60,921 bases of DNA from an uncultured Desulfobacteraceae bacterium (GTDB taxonomy: Bacteria; Desulfobacterota; Desulfobacteria; Desulfobacterales; JALSRD01), in NCBI GenBank assembly GCA_964442705.1, contig CAYUAQ010000006.1, forward strand, positions 1 to 60,921, read 5' to 3'. How positions within the stretch are numbered: position 1 is the stretch's first letter; each line of letters begins with the position of its first letter. The notes beneath the pieces were generated by a model. That model saw nothing but the letters and a program-made list of their open reading frames with translations, ran no database searches and was not told the DNA's origin. Of this stretch, positions 28,830 through 37,802 are shown piece after piece. Position numbers and translations under genes: made by a program.

Positions 28830-29340
28830 TAAACCTCAGAATATTTGACATGCGCGTATACTCCATGGCCACGGCGATGATCTCGGCCAGCAACTGCAGA
28901 GAGTCAAGGTCGCGTTCGGATATTTTCCATGGCTCGTAATGATACAACCGCAGCCGGCCAATGATTTTTCCCCTGATCTGAACCGGCACCGAGACGATGG
29001 CACCGATGCCCTCTCTTTTGGCATCTTCGGGATACTGGAGTTGGTCAGACCTGGAAATGTCTCCGATGACAATGGGCTCGCCCCTGAGTTGGCGATCGAT
29101 GCTCTGCTCTATCAGAATGGGTCCCTTGTTCAAGTAGTTGAGACTCAGGCCCGTGCTTGACAGAATCTCCAGTTCGCCGCTCTCCGGGTTGAGCACAAAA
29201 AGAGTGGCCCCCTTGATCCCCATGGCACCCACCAGCAGCTGGGTGAGGTGATCGGACATATCCTGGAGGCTGTCCGACTCGGCGATGGATCGGCTGATAA
29301 TCTTGAAAATATCAATATCTATTTTGTCATGGCTGGTCAT
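28786..29340 (-). CDS. Stand-alone GAF-domain protein
   Basis: GLSLNYLNKGP; LQYPEDAKREGIGAIVSVPV..IIGRLRLY; GGAGG SD before ATG 29340. Confidence 0.85.
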   Translation of the reverse strand: MTSHDKIDIDIFKIISRSIAESDSLQDMSDHLTQLLVGAMGIKGATLFVLNPESGELEILSSTGLSLNYLNKGPILIEQSIDRQLRGEPIVIGDISRSDQLQYPEDAKREGIGAIVSVPVQIRGKIIGRLRLYHYEPWKISERDLDSLQLLAEIIAVAMEYTRMSNILRFIKSQVDEVSGESAF

Positions 29341-29421
29341 AAAGCCCTCCTCCTCTTCCGGCGTGTAGAAGCGCACTTCCACAGGCCGCCTGCTGAAGCC
29401 ATTGCGACTGGCAACGGGTAA

Positions 29422-29886
29422 TCACGTAATCACGAATACCGTCTTGGCGCTCAGGGCCGGGACCACACGGCTGTACACCGTGCCGCTGAAAAAACGCGTG
29501 GCCCGGCGCGGCTTGTTGTGCAGCACCACGATGTCGAACCCGCCTTGGTTCGCCTGGTCTACGATTTCGCTGGCTATATCCTTTTTACGGGCTGTAAAAA
29601 TGCATTCCACGCCTGACTCCGGGAATCCACCATCGATCAGCCGGCGACGAGCGTCTTCGAGGGAATTTTTCTGATCCTCGACAACCCGTTCCAGATAAAC
29701 CAGGTCGGCGGCCATGCGATCCAGAACGGGACTGTCTTTCCTGTCGATTTTGGGAGGCGGCGTGTAGACGAAGAAAAGCGTGATTTTGACATCGCCGCGA
29801 TGGACGTAGGTCTGTCTGATAAACTCCAGGGCTCTCAGGTCGTAGGCGGTAAAGCTGAAGGGCAGAAGAATCTTCAGGCTGTCCAT
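29422..29886 (-). CDS. Universal stress protein
   Basis: KILLPF..; DIASEIVDQANQGGFDIVVL..FFSGTVYSRVV; AGGAGG SD. Confidence 0.8.
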   Translation of the reverse strand: MDSLKILLPFSFTAYDLRALEFIRQTYVHRGDVKITLFFVYTPPPKIDRKDSPVLDRMAADLVYLERVVEDQKNSLEDARRRLIDGGFPESGVECIFTARKKDIASEIVDQANQGGFDIVVLHNKPRRATRFFSGTVYSRVVPALSAKTVFVIT

Positions 29887-30123
29887 GGTGTCCTCCTTCC
29901 ATCGCTGAGTGGTTTAAAAAGTTGAACAACTCGGGCAGCGCCGCAACAGAAGCATTCCCTTCTTTAGGGAAGCGGACATCAACGGAGAATGCGTGCAATT
30001 GGAGAAAAAACAGCCAGAACAGGAAGAGACGCCCGGTCGGGAAATCATATCATTACAACGGTAATGAGAGGCAGGTTCCGTCAGAACAGGCACATACCTT
30101 TCGTCCGCAGAGGCTTTTATTTT

Positions 30124-30153
30124 AAAATAATCATTTGAGAGGGAATATGTCAA
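30124..30153 (-). promoter_or_regulatory. Putative sigma-70 promoter upstream of the USP-GAF pair
   Basis: Minus strand TTGACA-18 nt-TATTTT. Confidence 0.5.
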
Positions 30154-30171
30154 GTGGGCTGTAGGCGTGGA

Positions 30172-31290
30172 TCAGCTCAACTGCTTCTCAGTGGCCACAC
30201 GGTTTTTTCCGCCTGCCTTGGCCGCGTATAGCGATTTGTCCGCCCTGGCGACGACGGCTGAAACCGTGTCGCCTCTGCGGTAGCTGCTGACGCCGATGCT
30301 CACCGTCACCCCCAGAACCCCACGCTGGTGTTCTTCGTCCAATTCGTAGCGGGTGTCGGCGATTTTACGGCAGAGCTGCTCCGCACGCTTGCGGGCGACC
30401 CGTAGGGAAACCCCCGGAATGACGACGGCAAACTCTTCGCCGCCATACCTTCCGATGAAATCGTCATCCCGGATGATGGTCCGACATTGCCGGGCTACGG
30501 CAATCAGCACCCGGTCACCCACCTGGTGACCGAAGGTGTCGTTGACGGCCTTGAAGTCGTCGATGTCCAGCAACAGCAGGCAGAAGGGTTCTCTGCGGGC
30601 CAGGTTCCGTTCCACCAGATCGATCAGATACCCGTCCAGGGCTTTGCGGTTGTATACCCCGGTGAGGCCGTCGGTCATGGACTCCGCCCTGGTGGCCTCC
30701 AGCTCCCGGTTAAGGGTTTTGACCCGTTTGGAAAGATTCTCCAGTCGGCGGCTGTCCCTCATCCGCTTCTCACGCACCGCCGTTCTCAAGCGGCTGACGC
30801 CTATACTGAGGGAGTCCTTGATCTTGCGGATATCATCGAGCTGTCTCAACTCCTCGATTTTCTCGGTCTGCTGATATACCGCCTGGTTGAATACCTGGTT
30901 GTCGGCATCCAGGGTCGCCATGGCCCTGGTGAGGAGATCGATGATCTCCTTCAGCTCCGCCTCGCGTGCTGCCAGGTAAGCTTTCTGCCCCGTGATGAAG
31001 ACGTAAATCTTCTTCCTGTATTTTCTATACACGGCCGCCAGTGAACGGGTTTTTCCCGTGGTGGCGAACTTTTCTGAAAGACCGTTGATTTCCTGCCTGA
31101 ACCGCTGCGGGTCGACTTCCTGGTCGTTCAGATCCATGGAAAAATCTTTTAAAAAAACCAGCAAAGACCTGACCGTCTCCAGCAGAAACACATTGCGCTC
31201 CTGCCGGCTGGCCAGCTCTTCTTTCAGGCTGTGGACGAATTTCTGGTCCAGGGTCGGGTCGTCGGATCTGGCTCTGGCAAACAGCGGCAC
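30172..31290 (-). CDS. Diguanylate cyclase (helical N-terminus plus GGDEF domain)
   Basis: TDGLTGVYNR, DIDDFKAVNDTFGHQVGD, RDDD I-site, GRYGGEEF; GTG 31290 follows AAGGAG. Confidence 0.92.
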   Translation of the reverse strand: MPLFARARSDDPTLDQKFVHSLKEELASRQERNVFLLETVRSLLVFLKDFSMDLNDQEVDPQRFRQEINGLSEKFATTGKTRSLAAVYRKYRKKIYVFITGQKAYLAAREAELKEIIDLLTRAMATLDADNQVFNQAVYQQTEKIEELRQLDDIRKIKDSLSIGVSRLRTAVREKRMRDSRRLENLSKRVKTLNRELEATRAESMTDGLTGVYNRKALDGYLIDLVERNLARREPFCLLLLDIDDFKAVNDTFGHQVGDRVLIAVARQCRTIIRDDDFIGRYGGEEFAVVIPGVSLRVARKRAEQLCRKIADTRYELDEEHQRGVLGVTVSIGVSSYRRGDTVSAVVARADKSLYAAKAGGKNRVATEKQLS

Positions 31291-31303
31291 GTGACTGTCT
31301 CCT

Positions 31304-31858
31304 TCATTCACTTTCGGTCTGGGTCTTGCTGATATTGATAAGTTCACGCTGCCGCTGAAAGGTGTACTTGACGATCAGTTCCCGATCCTCTTCATGTATG
31401 ACCACGAATCTCAGGCGGTTCAGGAATTCGCGGCCGTTGGTCGCTTCGGGGACGTCGATGACTTCGCCCACTGCCCGAACGTGTATGGGGAGCTCAAAAG
31501 GCAGTACCAGGGACAGCGCCAGAAGCTGTCCGGCAGGAAATTTTTCGGGACCGCTGAAACTGAGTCCGGAACCGCTGATCTCCATTTCGCGGCGCTGCAG
31601 GGCGGATTCTTCGATACCCAGATGGTTTTTAATAAGCTGCAGATCTTCCTTGACTTCGGCCAGGGCGGCATGCATCAGGCGGAACATGCCGGCCGGCTCG
31701 GAAAGGTCCACGGCACCGGGCAGTTCCGCAGTCCCCCGGCTCAGATGCAGCCGCGCCGTCTTCTCCCAATGCCGCGGTAGATGGGAAAGAGGCGCGTAGC
31801 CAAAATAGATACAGGCATCCACCCGCGTAAAGGCCCGCTTGTTTTTCTCCAACTCCAT
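31304..31858 (-). CDS. PilZ-domain protein
   Basis: RAFTR (RxxxR), EISGSG, C-terminal RFVVIHEEDRELIVKYTFQRQRE. Confidence 0.82.
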   Translation of the reverse strand: MELEKNKRAFTRVDACIYFGYAPLSHLPRHWEKTARLHLSRGTAELPGAVDLSEPAGMFRLMHAALAEVKEDLQLIKNHLGIEESALQRREMEISGSGLSFSGPEKFPAGQLLALSLVLPFELPIHVRAVGEVIDVPEATNGREFLNRLRFVVIHEEDRELIVKYTFQRQRELINISKTQTESE

Positions 31859-31866
31859 GGGGTCCC

Positions 31867-32412
31867 TCATGGCGCTTTCCCGTTTGGCGTTAGGTTTTGT
31901 TTACGATAATACTTCAGGCCTTGATCGATGGCCGCCTGCCCCTGGGAGACCGCATCGAATCCCAGATCGATCATATGCAGGGCGGCGTTATTGGTCACCT
32001 TGCCATAATTGGCCTTCATGCTTTCGAGGGTGTAGCCGGTGATTTCCCCGAGGGCTTTGAGTTCCTCGAAGCGCCGCTGTCGGAAAAAATCTACGTACTC
32101 CTTCCTGATGAGCAGCGCAACCCCCATCAGCCTGGCTTCGCACTGGAACCTCGTCGCCAGCAGGCTCAGGGAGTTCATTATCAGACGCTGACTGCTGAGG
32201 CTGTTGACATCCTTGGAGACATCGCTGGCCAGGATCTGCTGGAGATTCTGGCGCAGGTCCAGCAGCCGCCGGCCGCTCCGATTGAGCCGGGAGGCTATTT
32301 GTTTGATGTCGTCCACGCTCGTATCCCCGGTCACCAGTGCGCCAGCGGCCGCTGCCACCACACCCGCCAGCAGCAGTATCATGACGATTATCGCAAGACT
32401 TTTCGACATCAT
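31867..32412 (-). CDS. Hypothetical exported helical protein
   Basis: N-terminal signal/TM segment; co-oriented with and 8 nt from the PilZ gene. Confidence 0.65.
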   Translation of the reverse strand: MMSKSLAIIVMILLLAGVVAAAAGALVTGDTSVDDIKQIASRLNRSGRRLLDLRQNLQQILASDVSKDVNSLSSQRLIMNSLSLLATRFQCEARLMGVALLIRKEYVDFFRQRRFEELKALGEITGYTLESMKANYGKVTNNAALHMIDLGFDAVSQGQAAIDQGLKYYRKQNLTPNGKAP

Positions 32413-32422
32413 GCCAAGACAT

Positions 32423-32449
32423 TCAAGTTACGGCCGGGGCGGCCGATAG
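32423..32449 (+). promoter_or_regulatory. Putative sigma-28 promoter
   Basis: TCAA-N15-GCCGATAG upstream of the small CDS at 32527. Confidence 0.55.
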
Positions 32450-32526
32450 TTATCAGTAAGGGCCTGTTCAGCACTATGGCAGCGCCTCGTATTCATCGTA
32501 CAGCAACAGCCGGCCCTCACGGGAAC

Positions 32527-32706
32527 ATGTTGATGATCAGAAAACTCCTCATCCTGGGTACCATCATTTACTTTCTGCTGGCGAGGAACACGGGAGACCA
32601 GCTCTACGTTTTCCTTTCGACCTATCTGGCCGTACTCACCCTGGCGGTGTGGTTTCGCAAGAAGGAAACGCCGCCGCCAGTTAAAAAAAGCAAAGAAAAA
32701 CCCTGA
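32527..32706 (+). CDS. Small 2-TM membrane protein (59 aa)
   Basis: MLMIRKLLILGTIIYFLL..LYVFLSTYLAVLTLAVWF followed by a Lys/Pro tail; this is the 3' part of ORF 31897..32706. Confidence 0.6.
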   Translation: MLMIRKLLILGTIIYFLLARNTGDQLYVFLSTYLAVLTLAVWFRKKETPPPVKKSKEKP

Positions 32707-32718
32707 GCATCCTTTTCT

Positions 32719-34599
32719 TCATTCCAGCAGTTCGTTGATCCTGCGGGCCACCTCGTGGATGTCGAAGGGTTTCTGGATGAAACCCGCGCAACCTCTTGCC
32801 AGGATTTCCTCGGCCTGCCCGTCCAGGGCATAACCGCTTGACAGCAGCACTTTGACATCCGGCTTCAGCCCTTTGAGAATGTCGAAGACCTCCCCACCGC
32901 TCATCTGCGGCATGATCATGTCCAGAATCACCAGGTCGACGGCATCGGCATGGGCTTTGAAGACGGCCACGGCCTCTTCACCGCTGTCGGCCCGCAGAAC
33001 AGTAAAGCCCAGTTTCTCGAAAAGGGCACAGCTGACCTCCAGCACCATCTGCTCGTCATCCACTACCAGGATCGTACCCTTGCCCACCACCCGCGGCCGG
33101 CGAATCGTCTTTTCCCTGGCGGCCGTCCGGCGGGAAGCCGGCAGGTAGATGCAAAATGTCGTGCCCCGGCCCCTTTTCGAGTCCACTTCTATATAGCCGT
33201 GATGGCCCTTGATGATCCCGTAAACCGTGGCCAGCCCCAGTCCCGTTCCCCGGCCCATCTCCTTGGTGGTGAAAAAAGGCTCGAATATGCGCCGACGGGT
33301 TTTCTCATCCATGCCCTCTCCGGTGTCGGTGACCGAAAGCCGTACATAGCGTCCCGGTTTGGGTTCATAGAGGACACTGGCAATATCTTCATGGGAAACA
33401 TTGGCCGTGCCGATGGTCAGCTCACCTCCGCTGGCCATGGCCTGCCAGGCATTGATGTACAGGTTCAGGAGAACCTGCTCCATCTGCCCCTGGTCGGCCT
33501 CCACGGCCGCAAGATCGGGGGCCAGGTCGGTATGAATGACAATCTCCCTCCGGGCACGACCGAAGGTCTCGGCGGTTTCACGCACCAGCCGGTTCAGGTC
33601 CATGGGCTTGATTGCAAAGCGGCCCTTGCGGGCGTAACCAAGCAGTTGCCCGGTAAGCTTGGCGCCGTTTTTCACCTGGTTTTCAATCTGTGTCAGCCCC
33701 TTGTAATGCGGGTGAGAAGCATCCAGGTCGAAGAGCAGATAGGACACCATTCCCTGGATGGCCATCAGCAGGTTATTGAAATCGTGGGCCACACCGCCGG
33801 CCAGGGTGCCGATGGCCTCCATCTTCTGGGCCTGCTGAATCTCCGCCCGGAGGCGGGTGCGTTCCTGCTCGGCGTGCTTACGGGCCGTGATATCACGGGC
33901 CACACCCGCGATACCCACGATCTCGCCGCCATCTCCGAAAACCGGACTCACCAGGGTTTCGATCCACCCTTCGATACCATTGGAATCGGTAAATGAGGCT
34001 TCTTCGCAAACCGCCCGGCCGGCGCTGAGCACTTCCAGATCCTGTTTGCGCAAGTGATCGGCCATTTCCGGCGGCCAGACATCCCTGTCCGTCTTTCCGC
34101 GGATCTCGTTCCGGGACAGGCCGAATTCATCGGCAAAGGCGCGGTTGACCAGTCGATACCGTCCGTCAGGGCCCTTAAGCCAGGTCAGATCCGACAGGTT
34201 GTCCACCAAGGCCTCCAGTTCACTCCTGCGCCGGTCCAGTTCGGCTGTCCTCTCCTCCACTTCCGTGATATCCCAGGCGGTCTCCACCACCTGCAGGACA
34301 CCGCCGGCATCACCGAAGATCGGGCTGGCCTGCATCATCCAGATGCGCCCGTCCGGCGTGGCATGCCTGAACCTATGGGATTGTCCCGACTCGAACGCCT
34401 TGGCCGCCGGGCAGTCCCCACAGGGCTCCGATCGCCGCGCCCAGTGCTCGAAACAGTGCTGCCCGATGAGTTCGGCGGCCGGTCGCTGCATGTATTCGGC
34501 CGCCGCCCGGTTGACGTAGCCGATGACAAAATCCCGTTCTACAAGCAAAACAGGCATCTCCATGGCTTCCAGCATCAGCACGGCAAAGCCCTCTGCCAT
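32719..34599 (-). CDS. Hybrid sensor kinase PAS-PAS-HisKA-HATPase-REC (CckA-like)
   Basis: [19 protein letters not shown]; [14 protein letters not shown]; VVDDE..LDMIMP..QKPF. Confidence 0.92.
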   Translation of the reverse strand: MAEGFAVLMLEAMEMPVLLVERDFVIGYVNRAAAEYMQRPAAELIGQHCFEHWARRSEPCGDCPAAKAFESGQSHRFRHATPDGRIWMMQASPIFGDAGGVLQVVETAWDITEVEERTAELDRRRSELEALVDNLSDLTWLKGPDGRYRLVNRAFADEFGLSRNEIRGKTDRDVWPPEMADHLRKQDLEVLSAGRAVCEEASFTDSNGIEGWIETLVSPVFGDGGEIVGIAGVARDITARKHAEQERTRLRAEIQQAQKMEAIGTLAGGVAHDFNNLLMAIQGMVSYLLFDLDASHPHYKGLTQIENQVKNGAKLTGQLLGYARKGRFAIKPMDLNRLVRETAETFGRARREIVIHTDLAPDLAAVEADQGQMEQVLLNLYINAWQAMASGGELTIGTANVSHEDIASVLYEPKPGRYVRLSVTDTGEGMDEKTRRRIFEPFFTTKEMGRGTGLGLATVYGIIKGHHGYIEVDSKRGRGTTFCIYLPASRRTAAREKTIRRPRVVGKGTILVVDDEQMVLEVSCALFEKLGFTVLRADSGEEAVAVFKAHADAVDLVILDMIMPQMSGGEVFDILKGLKPDVKVLLSSGYALDGQAEEILARGCAGFIQKPFDIHEVARRINELLE

Positions 34600-34697
34600 G
34601 GCAGGCTTTCCCCCGTTTTGATTCTGATGCCGCCTGAAACTGCTCCGCATGGTGAAGCCCTTTACTGCTGGAAAGAAAATTGAACCCTCACAACGTG

Positions 34698-34725
34698 TTA
34701 TCGGCCATTCGGGCAGGCGGCTTTA
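34698..34725 (-). promoter_or_regulatory. Putative sigma-28 promoter for the hybrid kinase
   Basis: Minus strand TAAA-N16-GCCGATAA with a consensus -10 box. Confidence 0.7.
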
Positions 34726-34961
34726 GGGTCGGCACATACGGCTTTAGAGGTGACTCCCTCCGCCGGTCGCTTCTCTTTGCACCCCTGTCGGCGCCTGAAT
34801 GACAAACAGGGTTTTCCCGAGGCCATCTTCACTTCCCACGATGGCAGAACTCTGGAGCGAAACCCCATGGCCCGGCAGCCGTGGGGAAATTGCGGATTCC
34901 AGGTAACGAAGTAGTGGCGACAGCGGTGGCAGTCGATGCCGGGAGAGGTGTTTCTCTTCAT
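34698..34961 (-). CDS. Small Cys-rich protein (CxxCxHYxxTW..GC..C)
   Basis: CHRCRHYFVTWNPQFPHGCRAMGFRS..PC..F; putative metal-binding. Confidence 0.7.
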   Translation of the reverse strand: MKRNTSPGIDCHRCRHYFVTWNPQFPHGCRAMGFRSRVLPSWEVKMASGKPCLSFRRRQGCKEKRPAEGVTSKAVCADPKAACPNGR

Positions 34962-35018
34962 TGACTTTCGGGGCCGCTAGGATTAAAAAAGGATATCTGT
35001 CCAAAAAAAGGATAATCC

Positions 35019-36359
35019 ATGTTTCAGCTACAGAGATACCACGTCAATGCCGGCACTTTTTATGTCAGCCAGCGCAAGCCCATGATACTGGAGGCCTATC
35101 TGGCCACCTGTGTGGGTGTGGCCGTGTACGACGCCACCAACAACGTGGGCGGCCTGGCGCACCTGCTGCTGCCCGAGCCGGTGTCGGCCGATGCCGTCGG
35201 TGATCCGGCCAAATACGCCACCACCGGCCTGCCTCTTTTCCTGGAGGCACTGCTGGATGCGGGAGCGGATCCGGACCAGCTGAAGGCCTGTATTGCCGGC
35301 GGCGCCCTGGTCAGACCCCTGGCCGAGATGGATCTTTCCCTGAATACCGGCGGACGAACCGAATCGGTGGTGCGGGCGTTTCTGGATAAACACAAAATTC
35401 CCCTCGAGAAGGCCGAAACCAGCGGTTACCTCACCTGCCGTTTGAGCCTGGACACACACCGCTGGGAAACGTCCATCCATCCCACCCTGGAGGACCGGCC
35501 CGCATCCGAAGAGGCCATTGCGCCGCCGACGAGCCGAGACATTCAGGCGGCCATCGATGCCCTGCAGCCCATACCGCAGATCGCCCTGGAGATTCTCAAC
35601 ACGCTAGACGACGATAACTACGACGTCCAGATCATCGCCGATCAGGTACGCCAGGAGCAGGTCATCGCCGCCAAAACACTGCAGCTGTGTAATTCCAGCT
35701 TCTACAACCGCGGCAGGAAAATCGAAACCATCGATCACGCCATCATCATGCTGGGCCGGGACCTGTTCGTCAAGCTGGTGATCTCGTCCATCATCGAAGA
35801 TTTTTTCAGCCGTTATGTACAGGGCTACTCGCTGTGCAAGGGCGGCCTGTTTTCCCACTCACTGGGAACCGCCATCACCGCGGAGCGTATTGCCCGCCTG
35901 ACCGGGATGACGGCACCAGCCGTAGCCTATTCGGCCGGCCTTTTGCACGATATAGGCAAGGTCGTGCTGGACCAGTTCGTCGCCGATGTTTATCCGCTTT
36001 TCTACCGCCGCCTGCAGGATAAAAAAACGGACTTCCTCACAGCGGAACAGGAGATTTTCGGCACTGACCACGCCCGGGTCGGTTTTCAACTGGCCCGCAA
36101 ATGGGCCTTTCCGCAGTCTCTCACAGATGCCATCGGTTTTCACCACCGCATTGACGATCCAACGGACAGCTCGTCGCTGCTGATCCTGGTGCAGCTGGCC
36201 AACCACCTGATGACGAGTTTTCACGCCGGCTTCAACCTGGGCGGGCAGCATGCCACCCAGGTGGCGTGGTGTCTGGGAAAGCTGGGCATCCCCCTGGCCG
36301 ATTATGCTAAAATTGTCGACCTCGTCCCGGTTGAGTTTGCGGATATTCGGGGTCAGTAA
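35019..36359 (+). CDS. CheD-HDOD fusion protein
   Basis: N-terminal YLATCVGVAVYD..GGLAHLLLP..KYA..IAGGA (CheD); C-terminal LQPIPQ..CNSSFY..SHSL..GLLHDIGK..DHARVG..W.FP..FHH (HDOD). Confidence 0.88.
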   Translation: MFQLQRYHVNAGTFYVSQRKPMILEAYLATCVGVAVYDATNNVGGLAHLLLPEPVSADAVGDPAKYATTGLPLFLEALLDAGADPDQLKACIAGGALVRPLAEMDLSLNTGGRTESVVRAFLDKHKIPLEKAETSGYLTCRLSLDTHRWETSIHPTLEDRPASEEAIAPPTSRDIQAAIDALQPIPQIALEILNTLDDDNYDVQIIADQVRQEQVIAAKTLQLCNSSFYNRGRKIETIDHAIIMLGRDLFVKLVISSIIEDFFSRYVQGYSLCKGGLFSHSLGTAITAERIARLTGMTAPAVAYSAGLLHDIGKVVLDQFVADVYPLFYRRLQDKKTDFLTAEQEIFGTDHARVGFQLARKWAFPQSLTDAIGFHHRIDDPTDSSSLLILVQLANHLMTSFHAGFNLGGQHATQVAWCLGKLGIPLADYAKIVDLVPVEFADIRGQ

Positions 36360-36856
36360 ACATACAGGCGCATATTGTCCAGCATGCGCCACGCCCGCTG
36401 GCGCTCTTCCGCGTCGGCATTGCGCGTGCTGGCGATGATCAGGTCACGGATGATCTCGTCGCTGACGCCCCTGGCCTTGAGCCTTTCGATATCCTGAATA
36501 CTGAGTGACTTTATGCCCCGCGTATCCTCGCCGTAATGTACCGGATGCCGGCTGCGGACGAACGACTTTTCGATCACCAGCGCTTTGATCTGGCCGTCGG
36601 TGAGGCCGCTTTTTTTCAGGGCAATCAACTCGTCGACGGTCAGGGAGCGGGTTTCAACGGTTTTTTCCCGGATGATGGTCTGCAGCAGATCGCCCCTGAT
36701 GCCCGCCCGGTGCAGCTTCTGGATTTCTTCACCGGTCAGGCTCCTGGCCGGGCCGGCCAGCAGAACAAGCATCCCCAAGGCCATCAGAACCGTCACGGGT
36801 GTCCGCCCGTTTCTCCTTGTTCGTGGCCTCTTGCCGATGGTGGTCGCTTGCGGCAT
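36353..36856 (-). CDS. Hypothetical exported protein with three short helical repeats
   Basis: Signal peptide; LTGEEIQKLHRAGI, LTVDELIALKKSGL, LSIQDIERLKARGV. Confidence 0.75.
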   Translation of the reverse strand: MPQATTIGKRPRTRRNGRTPVTVLMALGMLVLLAGPARSLTGEEIQKLHRAGIRGDLLQTIIREKTVETRSLTVDELIALKKSGLTDGQIKALVIEKSFVRSRHPVHYGEDTRGIKSLSIQDIERLKARGVSDEIIRDLIIASTRNADAEERQRAWRMLDNMRLYVY

Positions 36857-36887
36857 CGTAGCTACCTTCCCGCAATTTTGCGGTTGA

Positions 36888-37775
36888 TCATTTCAGGAAA
36901 TCCACCAGCGTCTGGGAAATGACCCGGGAGGTGGCCGACAACGCGGCCTCGTATGCAATCCGCTGAAGCTGCAGGTCCACGGCTGCCTCGTTCAGGTCGG
37001 CATTTTCGGTATCGGCCAGCAGGGTCTCCAAATTCATCTCTTCCCTCTGCCAGTGGGTCCGGGTGGACTGGAGTCGATCGTAGGTGGCCGCATATTCCCC
37101 CTGGACCTCTCTCAGCTGGGCGATGGCCCGGTCCAGGTCGTCAACCTGGCCCGCCACCGCGCTCGAATCTCCGGCCTCCAAACCGTCAATGATGTTTTTG
37201 AGGGTGTCGAAAATCCGGGGGGCTCCATTTTCGAAAGGGTCTTTTCCGCCTGCATTGAGACTCACCTGGACGCCGTCACCGATGGCCAGGCGCACATCAC
37301 CATCGTCTCCCGACCAAGTGTAGTCGTAACTGTCATACCGAATAACAGGGGGTGTATCCGACCGATGACCGGCGAAAATATACTGATCGCCATGGCGCAT
37401 GTTGGCCATATCCTTGATCTGGTCATAGATGTCCTTGATCGCATCGATCGCCGTCTGCCGGGTGCTGTCATCGTATCCGCCGGGATACTCGACGGCGATG
37501 CTCCTGGCCTCGTGCAGCAGCTTGTCCACCAATTCCAGAGCCGAGTCGGCTACTTCGAGGCGCGACTGGCCCACTGAGATGTTGTCCCGGTACTGTTTCA
37601 CCGATGCAATCCGGCTGCGAAAGCGTAAAATAGCTTTGGACCCGCCCGGGTCGTCCGAGGGTTTCAGCACACGCTTGCCGGTGGCCAGCATCTGCTGGGC
37701 GCGGCTGAATTTACCCCGGCTGGCCGCCAGGTGTCTGCCCGCCGCTGCTGCCTGCATATTCTGGGTGATTCGCAT
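36888..37775 (-). CDS. flgL: Flagellar hook-associated protein 3
   Basis: MRITQ..ATGKRVLKPSDDP; YIFAG; YEAAL..TLVDFLK. Confidence 0.93.
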   Translation of the reverse strand: MRITQNMQAAAAGRHLAASRGKFSRAQQMLATGKRVLKPSDDPGGSKAILRFRSRIASVKQYRDNISVGQSRLEVADSALELVDKLLHEARSIAVEYPGGYDDSTRQTAIDAIKDIYDQIKDMANMRHGDQYIFAGHRSDTPPVIRYDSYDYTWSGDDGDVRLAIGDGVQVSLNAGGKDPFENGAPRIFDTLKNIIDGLEAGDSSAVAGQVDDLDRAIAQLREVQGEYAATYDRLQSTRTHWQREEMNLETLLADTENADLNEAAVDLQLQRIAYEAALSATSRVISQTLVDFLK

Positions 37776-37802
37776 GGGCCTTTTCCTGTTCTGTTTGACT
37801 CG

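Noticed and set aside
34698-34961. Calling the Cys-rich ORF a uracil-DNA glycosylase
   Set aside because: At 87 aa it is too short and shows no UDG catalytic motifs; left as a Cys-rich hypothetical.
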